A stretch of 62,900 nt of DNA, filler included, from Octopus bimaculoides (taxonomy: Eukaryota): NCBI RefSeq assembly GCF_001194135.2. It is 4 parts of 4 records of this genome, joined end to end, with 100 filler letters (N's around TTAATTAATTAA, not from the genome) between each part and the next. Parts side by side here need not be neighbours in the genome. Positions count along the whole stretch, not along the records: positions 1 to 14,232 come from NC_068987.1; positions 14,333 to 44,575 come from NC_068996.1; 2 more parts are not named here. The stretch is one strand, 5' to 3'. Positions 11,596 to 23,859 of this stretch are shown piece after piece. How positions within the stretch are numbered: position 1 is the stretch's first letter; each line of letters starts with the position of its first letter. The notes beneath the pieces are model-generated. The model was not told the DNA's origin. It made no database searches and was given only the letters and a program-made list of their open reading frames with translations. Position numbers and translations under genes: made by a program.

Positions 11596-12203
11596 TAACA
11601 AAGTGATAAAGGATTTTTTTTTTTCATTTTCTACTGCTGAAGTTATAACTGCATTTAAATTAAAATTTGGGTTGATGTGGGTTGGGTCAAATTAAAGCTA
11701 TTACCAGGAATTTAGTACAAGATATTCTACTGATTCATTCTTTAGTGAGAATAAAATGTATTTAAAACTGCTGAGTTGTAATCCTTTCTCACTTAGCTGA
11801 ATGAATGAATCTAGGGAAATTGCTTTAAATTGCTTTTTATCAAAATTCATTTTCAGATTTCATCCAAAGACAGATATACAATATAATGTTTCTTCATTTT
11901 AAAGCATCATTGTAATTTATTTTGGTACACACTGCTGATTACTTCCAGCATATAATTATTCTAGCTGGAAATACTTGTCCATTAATTTGTTCCAGTCTTT
12001 GTCTTTTACTACACAACACTTGGCAACAGGAATGTTAGCGGTGGTGTTATTGTTGTTGTATTTTATGTTGATGTCTTCTCTTTCCTTGTTTGAATTTTAA
12101 ATTAAAATATTTACTCTTTACTTTTTATCTGCTGTTTTTGTGTTGACTTATTTATTAAATCATATCAGTGTATATTTGTGTTTCTGTATGTGTGTGTGTT
12201 TAT

Positions 12204-12238
<35 letters not shown>

Positions 12239-12725
12239 CATATACATATATATATATATACGCATAATTATTACAAATAAAAGGGTAAAGGATTATTAAT
12301 TTATTAATAAATTAATAATTAATAATTTTTACCAAGCCCTTCGGTATGTAAACACCATTATCGGTGAAGAACTTATTTAAAAGTTCTTATAAATTTATAA
12401 ACATAATTAAGGGATCAGCAACAGTTGCTTCACCACATACCGAAGTTCAGAAATAGCAGCTAAAGTGCTAAAACTCCAACAGATAGCAATACTTGTAACT
12501 CACAAAGGCAAAACAAGAAAAAAAACGACGAAACTAACCAGTCTTAGTTAATCATAGACGCATTTCTGGATCAGAAAAGTGAAAACTTTTCATTTCCTCA
12601 GTATGATATTCTAGACTGACTGGCTTATGTAAGTTCGGAGATGCTGTTCACATTATGCTGATGCACGATGTCGCTTGGTCGTGCATGCATAATTGCCTGC
12701 ATCTTCAAATTTTCAAATTAGAATG

Positions 12726-13795
12726 GAGATCAATAAAATCAACCCTCCCCGTAAATTAGCGGTTCGGCAATGGAGGTCGTTAAAATCTCCCACCCCTGCG
12801 TAACTTAGTGGTTCAGTAATGGAAATCAATAAATTGACCACCCCCGTAAATTAACGGTTCGGCAATGGAGATCGATAAAATACCCCCTCCCCGTAACCTC
12901 GAGGTTCGGTAATAGAGATCGATAAAATGCCCCCCCACCCCGAATTNNNNNNNNNNNNNNNNNNNNNNNNNNNNNNNNNNNNNNNNNNNNNNNNNNNNNN
13001 NNNNNNNNNNNNNNNNNNNNNNNNNNNNNNNNNNNNNNNNNNNNNNNNNNNNNNNNNNNNNNNNNNNNNNNNNNNNNNNNNNNNNNNNNNNNNNNNNNNN
13101 NNNNNNNNNNNNNNNNNNNNNNNNNNNNNNNNNNNNNNNNNNNNNNNNNNNNNNNNNNNNNNNNNNNNNNNNNNNNNNNNNNNNNNNNNNNNNNNNNNNN
13201 NNNNNNNNNNNNNNNNNNNNNNNNNNNNNNNNNNNNNNNNNNNNNNNNNNNNNNNNNNNNNNNNNNNNNNNNNNNNNNNNNNNNNNNNNNNNNNNNNNNN
13301 NNNNNNNNNNNNNNNNNNNNNNNNNNNNNNNNNNNNNNNNNNNNNNNNNNNNNNNNNNNNNNNNNCCCCCATCCACAAACTAGCGCTTTGGCAATAGAGA
13401 TCGATAAAATGCCTTCCTCCCCGTAACTTAGCGGGACGCCAATTGTGATCGATAAAAGCCCCCCCTCTCCCCGTAATCAAGCGGTTCGGCAATAGGATCG
13501 ATAAAATGCTTCCCCTGCAACTTAGCGGTTCGGCAAGGGAGATTGATGAAATGATCCGCATGACATTAGCGGTTCGGCAATGTAGTTCGATAAAATGCCC
13601 CCACAGAATGTAACGTTTCGGCAATGTAGATCGATAAAATGAGCCCCATGACATAGTGGTTCGGCAATGGGGATAGATAAAATGCCCCCTCCCCGTAACT
13701 TAGCAGTTCGGCCATGGCGGTCGATAAAATGAATCCCATGACTTAGCGGTTCGGCAATAGAGATCGATAAAATGACCACCTGCGTAACCTAGCGA
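12726..13795. repeat. About 46-bp-unit minisatellite (spans an N gap)
   Basis: Unit consensus about GAGATCGATAAAATGCCCCCTCCCCGTAACTTAGCGGTTCGGCAAT, repeated on both sides of the 12947-13365 gap. Confidence 0.9.
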
Positions 13796-13797
13796 TA

Positions 13798-14015
13798 TTT
13801 CGTTCGTTCGTTCTTTCATTCGTTATTTTGTTCGTTCGTTTGTTATTTCGTTCGTTTGTTATTTCGTTCGTTCGTTAATTCCTTCGTTCATTCGGTCTTT
13901 CGTTATTTCGTTCGTTCATTATTTCGTTAGTTCGTTTTTTCGTAGTTATTTCGTTCGTCCGTTCGTTTGTTCATTCGTTCGTTATTTCGTCCGTTCGTTC
14001 GTTCGTTATTTCATT
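13798..14015. repeat. Imperfect (TTCG)n / TTATTTCG microsatellite
   Basis: Directly visible. Confidence 0.9.
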
Positions 14016-14232
14016 CGGCGTGCGGGCGATCGAGCGAATCTGCCGCGACGCGGGGCGTGGAACGACGGCGACAGCAAGGACAAGGGCGCTCACTACAAAG
14101 CGGGCGTGTGGTCGGCGGAAGAATCGGGGACGCGCCGGCCGTGTAGAGTCGATCGCGCGGCTGGTTACGCGGGTCCGACCGTCGGAATAAAGGAGAGGCG
14201 AAACCATTCCTACGAGTCGGGGAACCGATCCG

Positions 14233-14332
14233 NNNNNNNNNNNNNNNNNNNNNNNNNNNNNNNNNNNNNNNNNNNNTTAATTAATTAANNNNNNNNNNNN
14301 NNNNNNNNNNNNNNNNNNNNNNNNNNNNNNNN
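14233..14332. other. Artificial 100-bp scaffold-joining spacer
   Basis: 44 N + TTAATTAATTAA (14277-14288, stops in all six frames) + 44 N. Confidence 0.95.
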
Positions 14333-14481
14333 ATATATATATAATTCAGTTAGTGGTTATGTTAGCTTCATAAAGGGATGGTTTCATCTAAGGAAGTATT
14401 GGTGCAATACCTAATATTTTGGGGGAATTGATTTCCTTAAAATAATAGGTTTGTATATAAACTGTGGTTTATATTCATGCA

Positions 14482-14887
14482 ATGGAAAAAGAAGAAAATG
14501 GTGATTTTGAAGTTAATAAGAATTTATTATCAACAACAAATCGATGATTATCCCTTACAGCTGTTTCAATTATACACAGTGAAATTAATTAAATATTAAA
14601 TTCATATTTCTGAGCATAATCTCTTCATAGGGAAAAAATATACCCTTAGATGTTATGTATGTTTGTTTGCAATTTCATCACAATATCTATAAACAAACAT
14701 ACATAACATCTAAGGGTATATTTTTTCCCCCTGAAGTGATTAGGCTCAGAAATATAAATTTAATATTTAATTAATTTCACTGTGTATAATTGAAACAGCT
14801 GTAAGGGATAATGATCGATTTGTTGTTGATAATGAATTCTTATTAATTCTTATTAACTTCAAAATCACCATTTCCTTCTTTTTCCAT
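14482..14887. repeat. Near-perfect inverted repeat (foldback), arms about 190 bp, 22-nt loop
   Basis: 14482-14668 is the reverse complement of 14691-14887 apart from a few substitutions and one indel of about 10 bp. Confidence 0.95.
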
Positions 14888-14899
14888 ACCTCTTTTACT

Positions 14900-15360
14900 C
14901 TTGTACTCTTTTACTTGTTTCAGTCATTTGACTGCGGCCATGCTGGAGCATTGCCTTTAGTTGAATCAAATNNNNNNNNNNCATTTGACTGCGGCCATGC
15001 TGGAGCATTGCCTTTAGTTGAATCAAATCGACCCCAGGACTTATTCTTTGTAAGCCTAGTACTTATTCTATCGGTCTATTTTGCTGAACTGCTAAGTTAC
15101 AGGGACCTAAATACACCAGCATCAGTTGTCAGGCGACATTGGGGAGACAAACACAGATACACAACATATACACACACATACATATATACATATATACGAT
15201 GGGCTTCTTTCAGTTTCCATATACCAAATCCACTCACAAGGCTTTGGTCGGCCCATGGCTATAGTAGAAGACACTTGCCCAAGGTGCCACGCAGTGGGAC
15301 TGAACCCGGAACCATGTGGTTGGTAAGCAAGCTACTTACCACACAGCCACTCCTGCGCCT
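14900..15360 (-). mobile_element. Long tRNA-derived cephalopod-type SINE
   Basis: The minus strand has a tRNA-like head (GTGGTAAG...GGTTCAGTCCC), a CTTGGGCAAGTGTC core and the tail GCATGGCCGCAGTCAAATGACTGAAACAAGTAAAAGA; a sister copy lies at 22895-23345. Confidence 0.85.
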
Positions 15361-15729
15361 AAGGAAAATGTTCTCTATGTGGCTTGTGTGTTTTCTGTAC
15401 TCTGGTTATTATTATTTTCTTGTCTACGTTTTGTTTGCAATGTCCTGTACCCAGATATGCACCNNNNNNNNNNNNNNNNNNNNNNNNNNNNNNNNNNNNN
15501 NNNNNNNNNNNNNNNNNNNNNNNNNNNNNNNNNNNNNNNNNNNNNNNNNNNNNNNNNNNNNNNNNNNNNNNNNNNNNNNNNNNNNNNNNNNNNNNNNNNN
15601 NNNNNNNNNNNNNNNNNNNNNNNNNNNNNNNNNNNNNNNNNNNNNNNNNNNNNNNNNNNNNNNNNNNNNNNNNNNNNNNNNNNNNNNNNNNNNNNNNNTA
15701 CGTATATATGCATATACTCATTTATTATT

Positions 15730-15792
<63 letters not shown>

Positions 15793-16049
15793 TACTTTAT
15801 TTATGGGTTAACCAAGCTACCATTGGTTTCATGTTAAGAGAGGTATTTCTTCGTGGCCCTCTCCTTATTTACGGGACCATCATATCTGACATTCTCATTT
15901 TGTCCAAGACACCTATAATTGTTACCTATAATTGTATTTTGAAGCCGTTATTTTTAGGTTTTCAGAGGAGGGCCCATCTTTTCCACGTTTCATTCTCAAA
16001 AATGCACATTTGGACTCATCAAATTTCATTCCAACGTCTGTAGAAAATT

Positions 16050-16275
16050 GGGAAATGAGGTAACGTATAATATGTAATCGCTAGCCAGTACACACATTTT
16101 TTCTCTCTCCTCGTTTCTCTCATTATTTCTTTCAGTGTTCCTTTCTGTGGAAGAGCGTAGGCTCGAAATGTTAAAGACCTTTTTCAATTCCTGAGCGTTA
16201 TACTAATACATCTGTTTCTTTTCTACACCACCTGTCTTCGTCTTTTGTTTTTTTTGTAAATTTTCCCGCTATATA
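16050..16275 (+). mobile_element. Dispersed repeat with a hammerhead-like motif, probably a Penelope-like element terminus
   Basis: Shares CGCTAGCC..., TTCCTTTCTGTGGAAGAGCGTAGGCTCGAAA and TATACTAATACATC...CCACCTGTCTTCGTC with 56960-57180. Confidence 0.55.
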
Positions 16276-16363
16276 TATACATACATACCTGCATGCATAT
16301 GTACAAATGTATGTATGTATGTATGTCCGTACGTACGTTTGCCATCTAAAACTTATTGATGCA

Positions 16364-17028
16364 TTAGGTTGTCTGATAAATTCTTTCGTTTCTTTCTAAA
16401 ATTATTTGAACTCTAAAAAATACATAACCGGGGTGTTTTTGCAACTCTATTCTTCCATGACAACTTTTTTTTTATCGTTTTTGAAATTTGAATAAATTTT
16501 ACCTTTTTGCAAACATATGACGATGGAGTGCAAAATAGGAAAAAAAACAAAAACATTTTCAATACATGATGCTTTTTTCGATACATGCTTCCCTTCACTT
16601 TAAATCAAGGCCCGAAGGCTACCGAAACCGGCCGTTCGAGACATTTGTGTCATGTACAGAGAAGGCGCTACTACTGCAAGAACTGCTCAGAATTGGTTTT
16701 CACGCTTCAAGGAGATGAGATGATCTCGTGATACCGTCGCTCGTCACCTTCATTTGCTGGGTAAAGTTTCAGGTAAATCCAACCGGCAACACAGCTCAAC
16801 CCCACATCGTTTATCTGACCAAAAATACTACGCATTCAGCAACGACTCGGAGCTGAAAATATAACTCGATAAATTCTTTTAAGTCAAGACCAGGTAATTT
16901 CTACCGTCAAGGCATTGACAAGCTAGTTAAATGTTGTCAAGAAAACGTGAACACTGAAGAATTTTATTGACTGATTTGTTAAAATTGAGGAAACTCCTCC
17001 AAACGAACGAATTTATCTGACAACGCAG
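16364..17028 (+). mobile_element. Internally deleted mariner element
   Basis: TIRs GTTGTCTGATAAATTCTTTCGTTT and AAACGAACGAATTTATCTGACAAC; remnants of the transposase N-terminus (RTAQNWFSRF) and C-terminus (FYRQGIDKL). Confidence 0.8.
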
Positions 17029-17326
17029 CGTGTGTTTTATTTAATGCCATTTACATCCCCCTTTACCCTCTATTGAGTAGTAGATCAGTATATTGCAAGA
17101 AAACAAATTATGTCCGGCGTCCTCGAAAATAATTTAAAGATCGAATAATTTCTACTGCTTGAGTTAGGAGTGAGGTGCTAGGTTGGCAAACCATTTGTGG
17201 GTTTCTGCCTATATTAGAAACAATTGAGTATTCTCAAACTAAGGAATATAGTATGAGTATATATAGAATAATTTGAGAATTTGAAAACCAATCATGCAAT
17301 TATCGGGCTGAAGTTTTTTACGCACG

Positions 17327-17371
<45 letters not shown>

Positions 17372-17559
17372 TCACACACGCGCGCAATACTTCCTTTTTC
17401 TTTCTCTCTCTCTCACTCTTACACAACGTGGCCTTTAATAGTTAGATTATTATTATTTTTATTATTTATAAAATGCAAAATTAAATAAAGTCGGAATATA
17501 GTAAAATGACAATAAAATTATAGCAACATCGTAGTTTAAATTAAAAAAAAAAAAATGCT

Positions 17560-17795
17560 AAAAATGAAATATGTTGAAAAGTATATTTATTAGTAATTAT
17601 GAACTATAATAATATTAATAACGATATATATTAACAATTTTGACAAATTGTCGAAAAATAGGTATCCGAAAGTCAGCATATGACGGCATGCAAAGCAAGT
17701 TTTCCTGCAAAGTATCTTCGAAGAGACTTTCTAACTGAAAAGTGATCCAATGAGAATTTCGATAATTCGTGTGTTGAGGGATTGTTTTTAAAAAA
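17560..17795 (+). promoter_or_regulatory. Putative TDRD3 promoter/5'UTR region
   Basis: Unique, CpG-retaining sequence immediately upstream of the TDRD3 ATG; position-based inference only. Confidence 0.45.
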
Positions 17796-17827
17796 ATGGC
17801 GAATAGTGTGCTTTCGGAGAAAGGCTG
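17796..17827 (+). CDS. TDRD3: TDRD3 coding exon 1 (MANSVLSEKG-W, phase 2 end)
   Basis: aaaATGGCG start context. Ends TG followed by the donor GTAAGT at 17828. The TG joins the single G at 39480 to make the conserved Trp of the GW motif. Confidence 0.85.
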
Positions 17828-18705
17828 GTAAGTGTTTTATCTTAAATAATAACTGGCTTTAAACCAGTTGTTTAGTTGTTTAACATGTTAACAAAACCAA
17901 ACGCAACGAATTGTTCTTACATTTCGTTTTTTGTTGTTTTTATTTAATTTTTAAGTTATAAATATATGTATGTTTATTGTGTATTTAATTATGTGATGTC
18001 GGCTTTATTCTCAGTTCACTCACTTCGCCTCCGTCATACAATTAATTATACTGTATTTTTGTTCGTTTCATTGGGTTTATAGATTAATTTTTCTATCGAG
18101 AAACTGTTTGAGGCAATGGACGTTCTATAGGGAATATAGAAATTATTTTATAATTCTTTATTGGCTGCATACTTTGAAGAAATTAAAATAAAAAACGAAC
18201 ATGGTACTTTTAGAATTACATAAGATTATATACATGTGTCATAAATCCAAACAAAAAAATATATATCTGCCCATCACTTTCTGGGAATTGTAAGAATTTT
18301 GCACCGCGAAAACCAGAAAACAAGAAAGAGAGAGAAAATCCCCATATCTTCTTTTTCAGGACGGAACTTTTATTAGTATATTTTCTGTTTGTGAGAAGAG
18401 GGGAAATTGTCATCTTCTTCAGGGCACCCATGAATCAAATTTATCTATTCAAGTGAAGAAGTGGAAACGCAGCCAAGAGAAATAACTAAAAAAAAAAAAA
18501 TGAAATATTCGGCTTCATTTTCTTAATCATTATTTGATGCAGTTGAATGCATTATATATCCATCCACAAATGCATGCATGCATACATACATAAATGTATA
18601 TGTATGCAAATATACATGTACATATATGTATGCCTTGACCACTAACGTGGACATTCAATCTGCTAGAAATAGATCACATCTTGTGTCTATTAAGACCATA
18701 CACAC

Positions 18706-18788
<83 letters not shown>

Positions 18789-19109
18789 AGATATTTGTAT
18801 GTGTATATTATATTATATTTATGTATGTCTGTGTGTGTGTGTATATATATATATATATACANNNNNNNNNNNNNNNNNNNNNNNNNNNNNNNNNNNNNNN
18901 NNNNNNNNNNNNNNNNNNNNNNNNNNNNNNNNNNNNNNNNNNNNNNNNNNNNNNNNNNNNNNNNNNNNNNNNNNNNNNNNNNNNNNNNNNNNNNNNNNNN
19001 NNNNNNNNNNNNNNNNNNNNNNNNNNNNNNNNNNNNNNNNNNNNNNNNNNNNNNNNNNNNNNNNNNNNNNNNNNNNNNNNNNNNNNNNNNNNNNNNNNNN
19101 NNNNNNNNN

Positions 19110-19155
<46 letters not shown>

Positions 19156-19524
19156 CCAAATATAGATGTGTATGTGCTCGAGAAAACGTAGTTGTCCTAA
19201 GTGAAAGCTAAGTGAAAACAGTTTTCATTGCATACGGACATGTCCCCGATATCTCTCTTCAGCTGAGTGATCCTAATCTTGTAGGCCCACAAGTGTTAGT
19301 GCCATGTAAAAAGCACCCATGCCAGTGTCAATAAAGCATCCATGCCGATGCTGCATAAAAGCACCCAGTACACTCCGTAAAATGGGTGGCATTAGGAAAG
19401 GCATCAAGTCATAGAAACCATGCCAAAACAGTCATGGAGCCTGGGCAGCTCTTCAGCTGACTAGCTCCTGTCAAACCGTCCTACCCATGCCAGCATGGAA
19501 CATGGGTGTTTAAGGATGATGATG

Positions 19525-20060
19525 CATGTAGATATATATGTGTTTATATATATATGTTTGTATGCAAGCAGATATGTGTGTGTATATGTATGCAAGTAGA
19601 TATGTGTGTGTATATGTATGCATGTAGATATGTATGTGTATATATATATATATATGTGTGTGTGTGTATGTAGATATTTGCGTGTATATATATGCAGATA
19701 TTTGCGTGTATATATATGCAGATATTTGTGTGTGTATATATATATGTAGATATTTGTGTGTATATATATGCAGATATTTGTGTGCGTGTATATATATGTA
19801 GATATTTGTGTGTATATATATATATATATGATTTTGTGTATATGTATGTATACATGTAGATATGTGTGTATGTATATATATATATATATATATATATGCA
19901 CGTTTGTATATATATGTGTGTATATATATATATGTATGTATGTGTGTGTGTATATATATATGTATGTATGTGTGTGTGTATATATATATGTATGTATGTG
20001 TGTGTGTATATATATATGTGTGTGTGTGTGTGTATGTGTATGCATGTGTATGTGTAAATA
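19525..20060. repeat. Compound AT/GT microsatellite with a higher-order AGATATTTGTGTG(TA)n unit
   Basis: Directly visible; source of the spurious His/Tyr/Ile ORFs. Confidence 0.9.
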
Positions 20061-20329
20061 TGTTTGTGACTGCCAAAACAGTCACAGGAATGCAGTGTAG
20101 GCTTCGGCCTGGCCGGCTCTTGTATCATCCCACCCATGCTAGCATGGAACATTAAATGATGATGATGATGATGCATGTAGATATGTATATGTATGTGTGT
20201 GTATCTATCTATCTATCTATCTATCTATATATATATATATATATATATTGGATTAGTTCTATCTTAGGTTCTTGTTGAATCAATCTACAAAATGGATTCA
20301 GGATTAGGCATGGTTCTATGAACCTAATT

Positions 20330-21450
20330 TTCTCAGTCCATAAGCTTATGGAGAAGTGCTTTGGCTGGTGAGTGTCACTGTATTAGGTATTTGTGGACCT
20401 TATCAACTCTGTTAATTGCAGTGCATTGTGGGTCATATTGGGGAAGATTGGATGCCTTCTTGAGTTTGTTGGGATATTCAAGCAGCTTTGTCACAATATG
20501 AGAGCAAAAACGAACTCTTATGGGACACTCTCAGAATCAATTTCTGTGGAAAGCAGTGTCAGACAAGGTGACATACTACTACCCATTCTATTCTCCATAT
20601 AGTTTGCTGTAATACTAATACATACCTTTCAGGACTGTGAAATCAGTGTTTACATGTAACCTAGAAGCATTCAATCTTAAGATGTTTCAATACCAAAGTA
20701 AAAATATTTGGCATTTTTGTCAGAGAACCCCTATATACTGATGATAGAGATCTTATGGATCACTCAGTAGAGGACATGCAAATGATAGTGCACATCTCCA
20801 ATGTATGCACTGCATTTGGACTCAATATTTGCATACAGAAGGTAAAGATCATGTACACCCCAGTAGTTGGGGAAGCATACATAGTACTTGATGTCTTCGT
20901 GGGAACAAAAAGACAAAGTGGTGAACAGCTCTGTGTATCCTGGAAGTATGCTTGGTAGAGATGGTATTTTTGATGGCAAAATAAATCACAGGATTGCAAA
21001 AGCTAGTGTTACTTGTGGGAAAACTCCAAGAAGTAAGTCTGGTCAGATCAAGTTATCACAAGATGTGGGACCAAGTGGAGAGGAAGGATCTTCAGATATT
21101 GATCCTCACTGAGATGACAAGGGACTGAGACTCCAGGCGATTAGAACCAAGCGACCATACCAGTGCCACATAAAAAGCATCCATGCCAGTGCCTCATATG
21201 AGGTCCATGTTATTACAGGCCTGCTATGAGATTGCAAAATGTGAACAACCTACAGGTATTATATCAAGCAGTTGATCGTTCATCAGTATTGTATGCAACA
21301 CATCCCAAACACCAAGTCGTTCTCTTACACACCTGATGATGCTATACTCAAGAAAGCTGGCAGAACTAGATATGTTGGGTTGATCTTGTCAGAATGGAGG
21401 ATAGGAGGATGCCTAAATATATATATATAAATCCAAGATTAGGAAATGGA
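20330..21450 (+). mobile_element. Degenerate RTE (BovB-like) LINE RT fragment
   Basis: Frameshifted VRQGDILLPILFS, CTAFGLNI...KVKIMY and YPGS...INHRIAKAS segments. Confidence 0.75.
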
Positions 21451-21649
21451 GTAGATAAAATCCAGGCTACATATGTTTCATAGCTAGCAGAACTTCAGAA
21501 GTAGTAATCACCCAAATGATGGATAATCCGCTAGCTATCTGTTGGGCCAAAGATACCTTAATCAAATGAAGTTAACATTGTTGTCAAGGGATCCCCAGAC
21601 TGCTTGAAGCTTACTAACTTTCTACACCTTGATCTTTGAATCTTACCTG

Positions 21650-21699
<50 letters not shown>

Positions 21700-21713
<14 letters not shown>

Positions 21714-23140
21714 AAGAATAGGAAAGTGGCATGTATTGGGGTTGTTGCAGAAATACTCAAAATATTTGATGAGGCAGGGTACAGGATTACCACTCAGATA
21801 GTTAATCAAGATAAACAAGAGGGAGTCATATTTAATGACTGGCCTAGCAGTATCATTTAAACTGCTACAAAGGGAAAGGAGATACCTTAGAGAGGTGCAG
21901 TTATAGAGGAATTAAATTACTGGATCAGGTTATGAAGCACACAGGGAGTCATTGCACAATTGATTTGTGACAAGGTAGATTTAGGTGACATGCAGTATGG
22001 TTTTGTGTCTAGAGGAAGGACCATAGAGGCAATTTTCGTGGCAAGTCAACTACAGGAGAAATATTTTGCTAAGAGTAAACCATTATTCCTGGCCTTCATT
22101 GATCTGTAGAAGGTATTTGATAGAGAACCATGTTACTAAGGAGACAAAGCATTGACTAATGGCTTGTGAGAGCTGTACAAGCCATGTATAAGGATGCACT
22201 AATTAATGTGAGAATCAACACTGACTTAAATGAGGAATTTAGTGAGAGGGTTAGTCTATCAAGGCTCAGTTCTCACTCACCTCATATTCATCAAAGTCTT
22301 ACAGTCCATAACAAGTTTAAGACTGACTGTCCATGGGAACTCCTATATGCTGATGATCTAGTTCTCATAGCTGAGTCTATAGAAGAATTAGAGAGGAAAT
22401 TCCAGGCATGGAAGCTAAATGTTGAATTGAGAGGTCTTAAGCTAAACTTAACAAAGACAAAAGTTTTAGCAGGAAAGAAAACAGGACCTTGGTACCCTCA
22501 AGGAAATGGCTTTGCTTAACATGCAGAAAAGGAGTGAATATAAATTCCATACGTTGCACTCAATGTAAGCTATGGTCACTCAAGAAATGTAGCGGAATCA
22601 CAGGCAAGACTATCAAAGAACACAAGCTTTATATGTGATAGAGCAATCAGTATGTTCTACAAACACACCAGAAATAGAGCCTTTTGAATGTCTGGATGGC
22701 TTACTAATTGAAAGCTTTTGCTAACTAGGAGACATGATGAGTGAAAGAGGTGGTTACTCTGAAAGTATAGTAGTCAGAGTAAGGACAGGTTAGAGATAGT
22801 TCAGGAAGCTACTACTGCTGCTGGTGACAAAGGTCTTTTCCCATTGAGTGAAAAGTAGATTGTATGGTGCTTGTATTAGGACTACAATGCTGTATTCTGT
22901 TATTCTTTTACTTGTTTCAGTCATTTGACTGCAGCCATGCTGGAGCACTGCCTTTAGTCAAACAAATCAACCACAAGACTTATTATTTGTAAGCTTAGTA
23001 CTTATTCTATCAGACTCTTTTGTTGAACTGCTAAGTTATGGGGATGTAAACACACCAACATCAGTTGTCAAGTGATGTTGGAGTGACAGATGCACAAATA
23101 CATACATGTATATATATGTATGTATATATGTGTGTGTATG

Positions 23141-23187
<47 letters not shown>

Positions 23188-23681
23188 TGGCTTCTTTCAG
23201 TTTCTATCTACCAAATCCACTCACAAGGCTTTGGTTGGCCCAAGGCCATAGTAGAAGACACTTGCCCAAGGTGCCACACAGTGGGACTGAATCCAGAACC
23301 ATGTGGTTGGGAAGAAAGCTTCTTACCATACAGCCACTTTTGTGCCTATGATAACAAGACATGGTCCTTGAATGCAGAGGACATAAACAAGCTGAAAAAA
23401 AAAATGAAGTGAGTGTGCTCCACTGGATGGGCAGTATAAGTGTACACTAACAACTTAGTATAAATGTGCTAAGAAAAATACTGAGCGTAAGAGGAATCAG
23501 TTATAGTGTGCCAGAAATAAGACTGTGCTGATATGGACATGTGATGTGTATGGATGAAGACAGCTGTATAAAGCAGTGCTAATCACTAAATGTGGCCAGA
23601 ACCTGTAGATAAGGAAGACCTGGGATGATGTTGTGAAGGCTGATCTCAGGACTCTAAGCTGCACAGAAGAACTGACAAAGG
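21700..23681 (+). mobile_element. Degenerate RTE-type LINE (RT plus C-terminus), interrupted by a SINE
   Basis: YKGKGD..ER..YRGIKLL, MQYGF..GR.T..AIF, CPWELLYADDLVLIAES and the terminal RKTWDDVVKADLRTL. Confidence 0.85.
22895..23345 (-). mobile_element. Long tRNA-derived SINE inserted in the RTE LINE
   Basis: Same family as 14900-15360. Confidence 0.85.
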
Positions 23682-23859
23682 NNNNNNNNNNNNNNNNNNN
23701 NNNNNNNNNNNNNNNNNNNNNNNNNNNNNNNNNNNNNNNNNNNNNNNNNNNNNNNNNNNNNNNNNNNNNNNNNNNNNNNNNNNNNNNNNNNNNNNNNNNN
23801 NNNNNNNNNNNNNNNNNNNNNNNNNNNNNNNNNNNNNNNNNCAGCACACAGTTGCGTGT

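Noticed and set aside
11930-12110. Short minus-strand open frame (…KDKDWNKLMDKYFQLE) in unique sequence
   Set aside because: No convincing start or acceptor and no homology; left unassigned.
12726-13795. Regularly spaced conserved blocks with variable linkers, superficially CRISPR-like
   Set aside because: The linkers are short, mutually similar C-rich variants rather than unique spacers; there are no cas genes; the context is eukaryotic; and the unit derives from a SINE.
14925-15028. 47-bp direct duplication on either side of a 10-N gap
   Set aside because: Typical unmerged contig overlap, so an assembly artefact.
18674-20176. Long His/Thr/Tyr/Ile or Cys/Val ORFs (also at about 45.4, 50.0, 52.3-53.8 and 58.7-59.7 kb)
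   Set aside because: They are translations of dinucleotide microsatellites and N runs.
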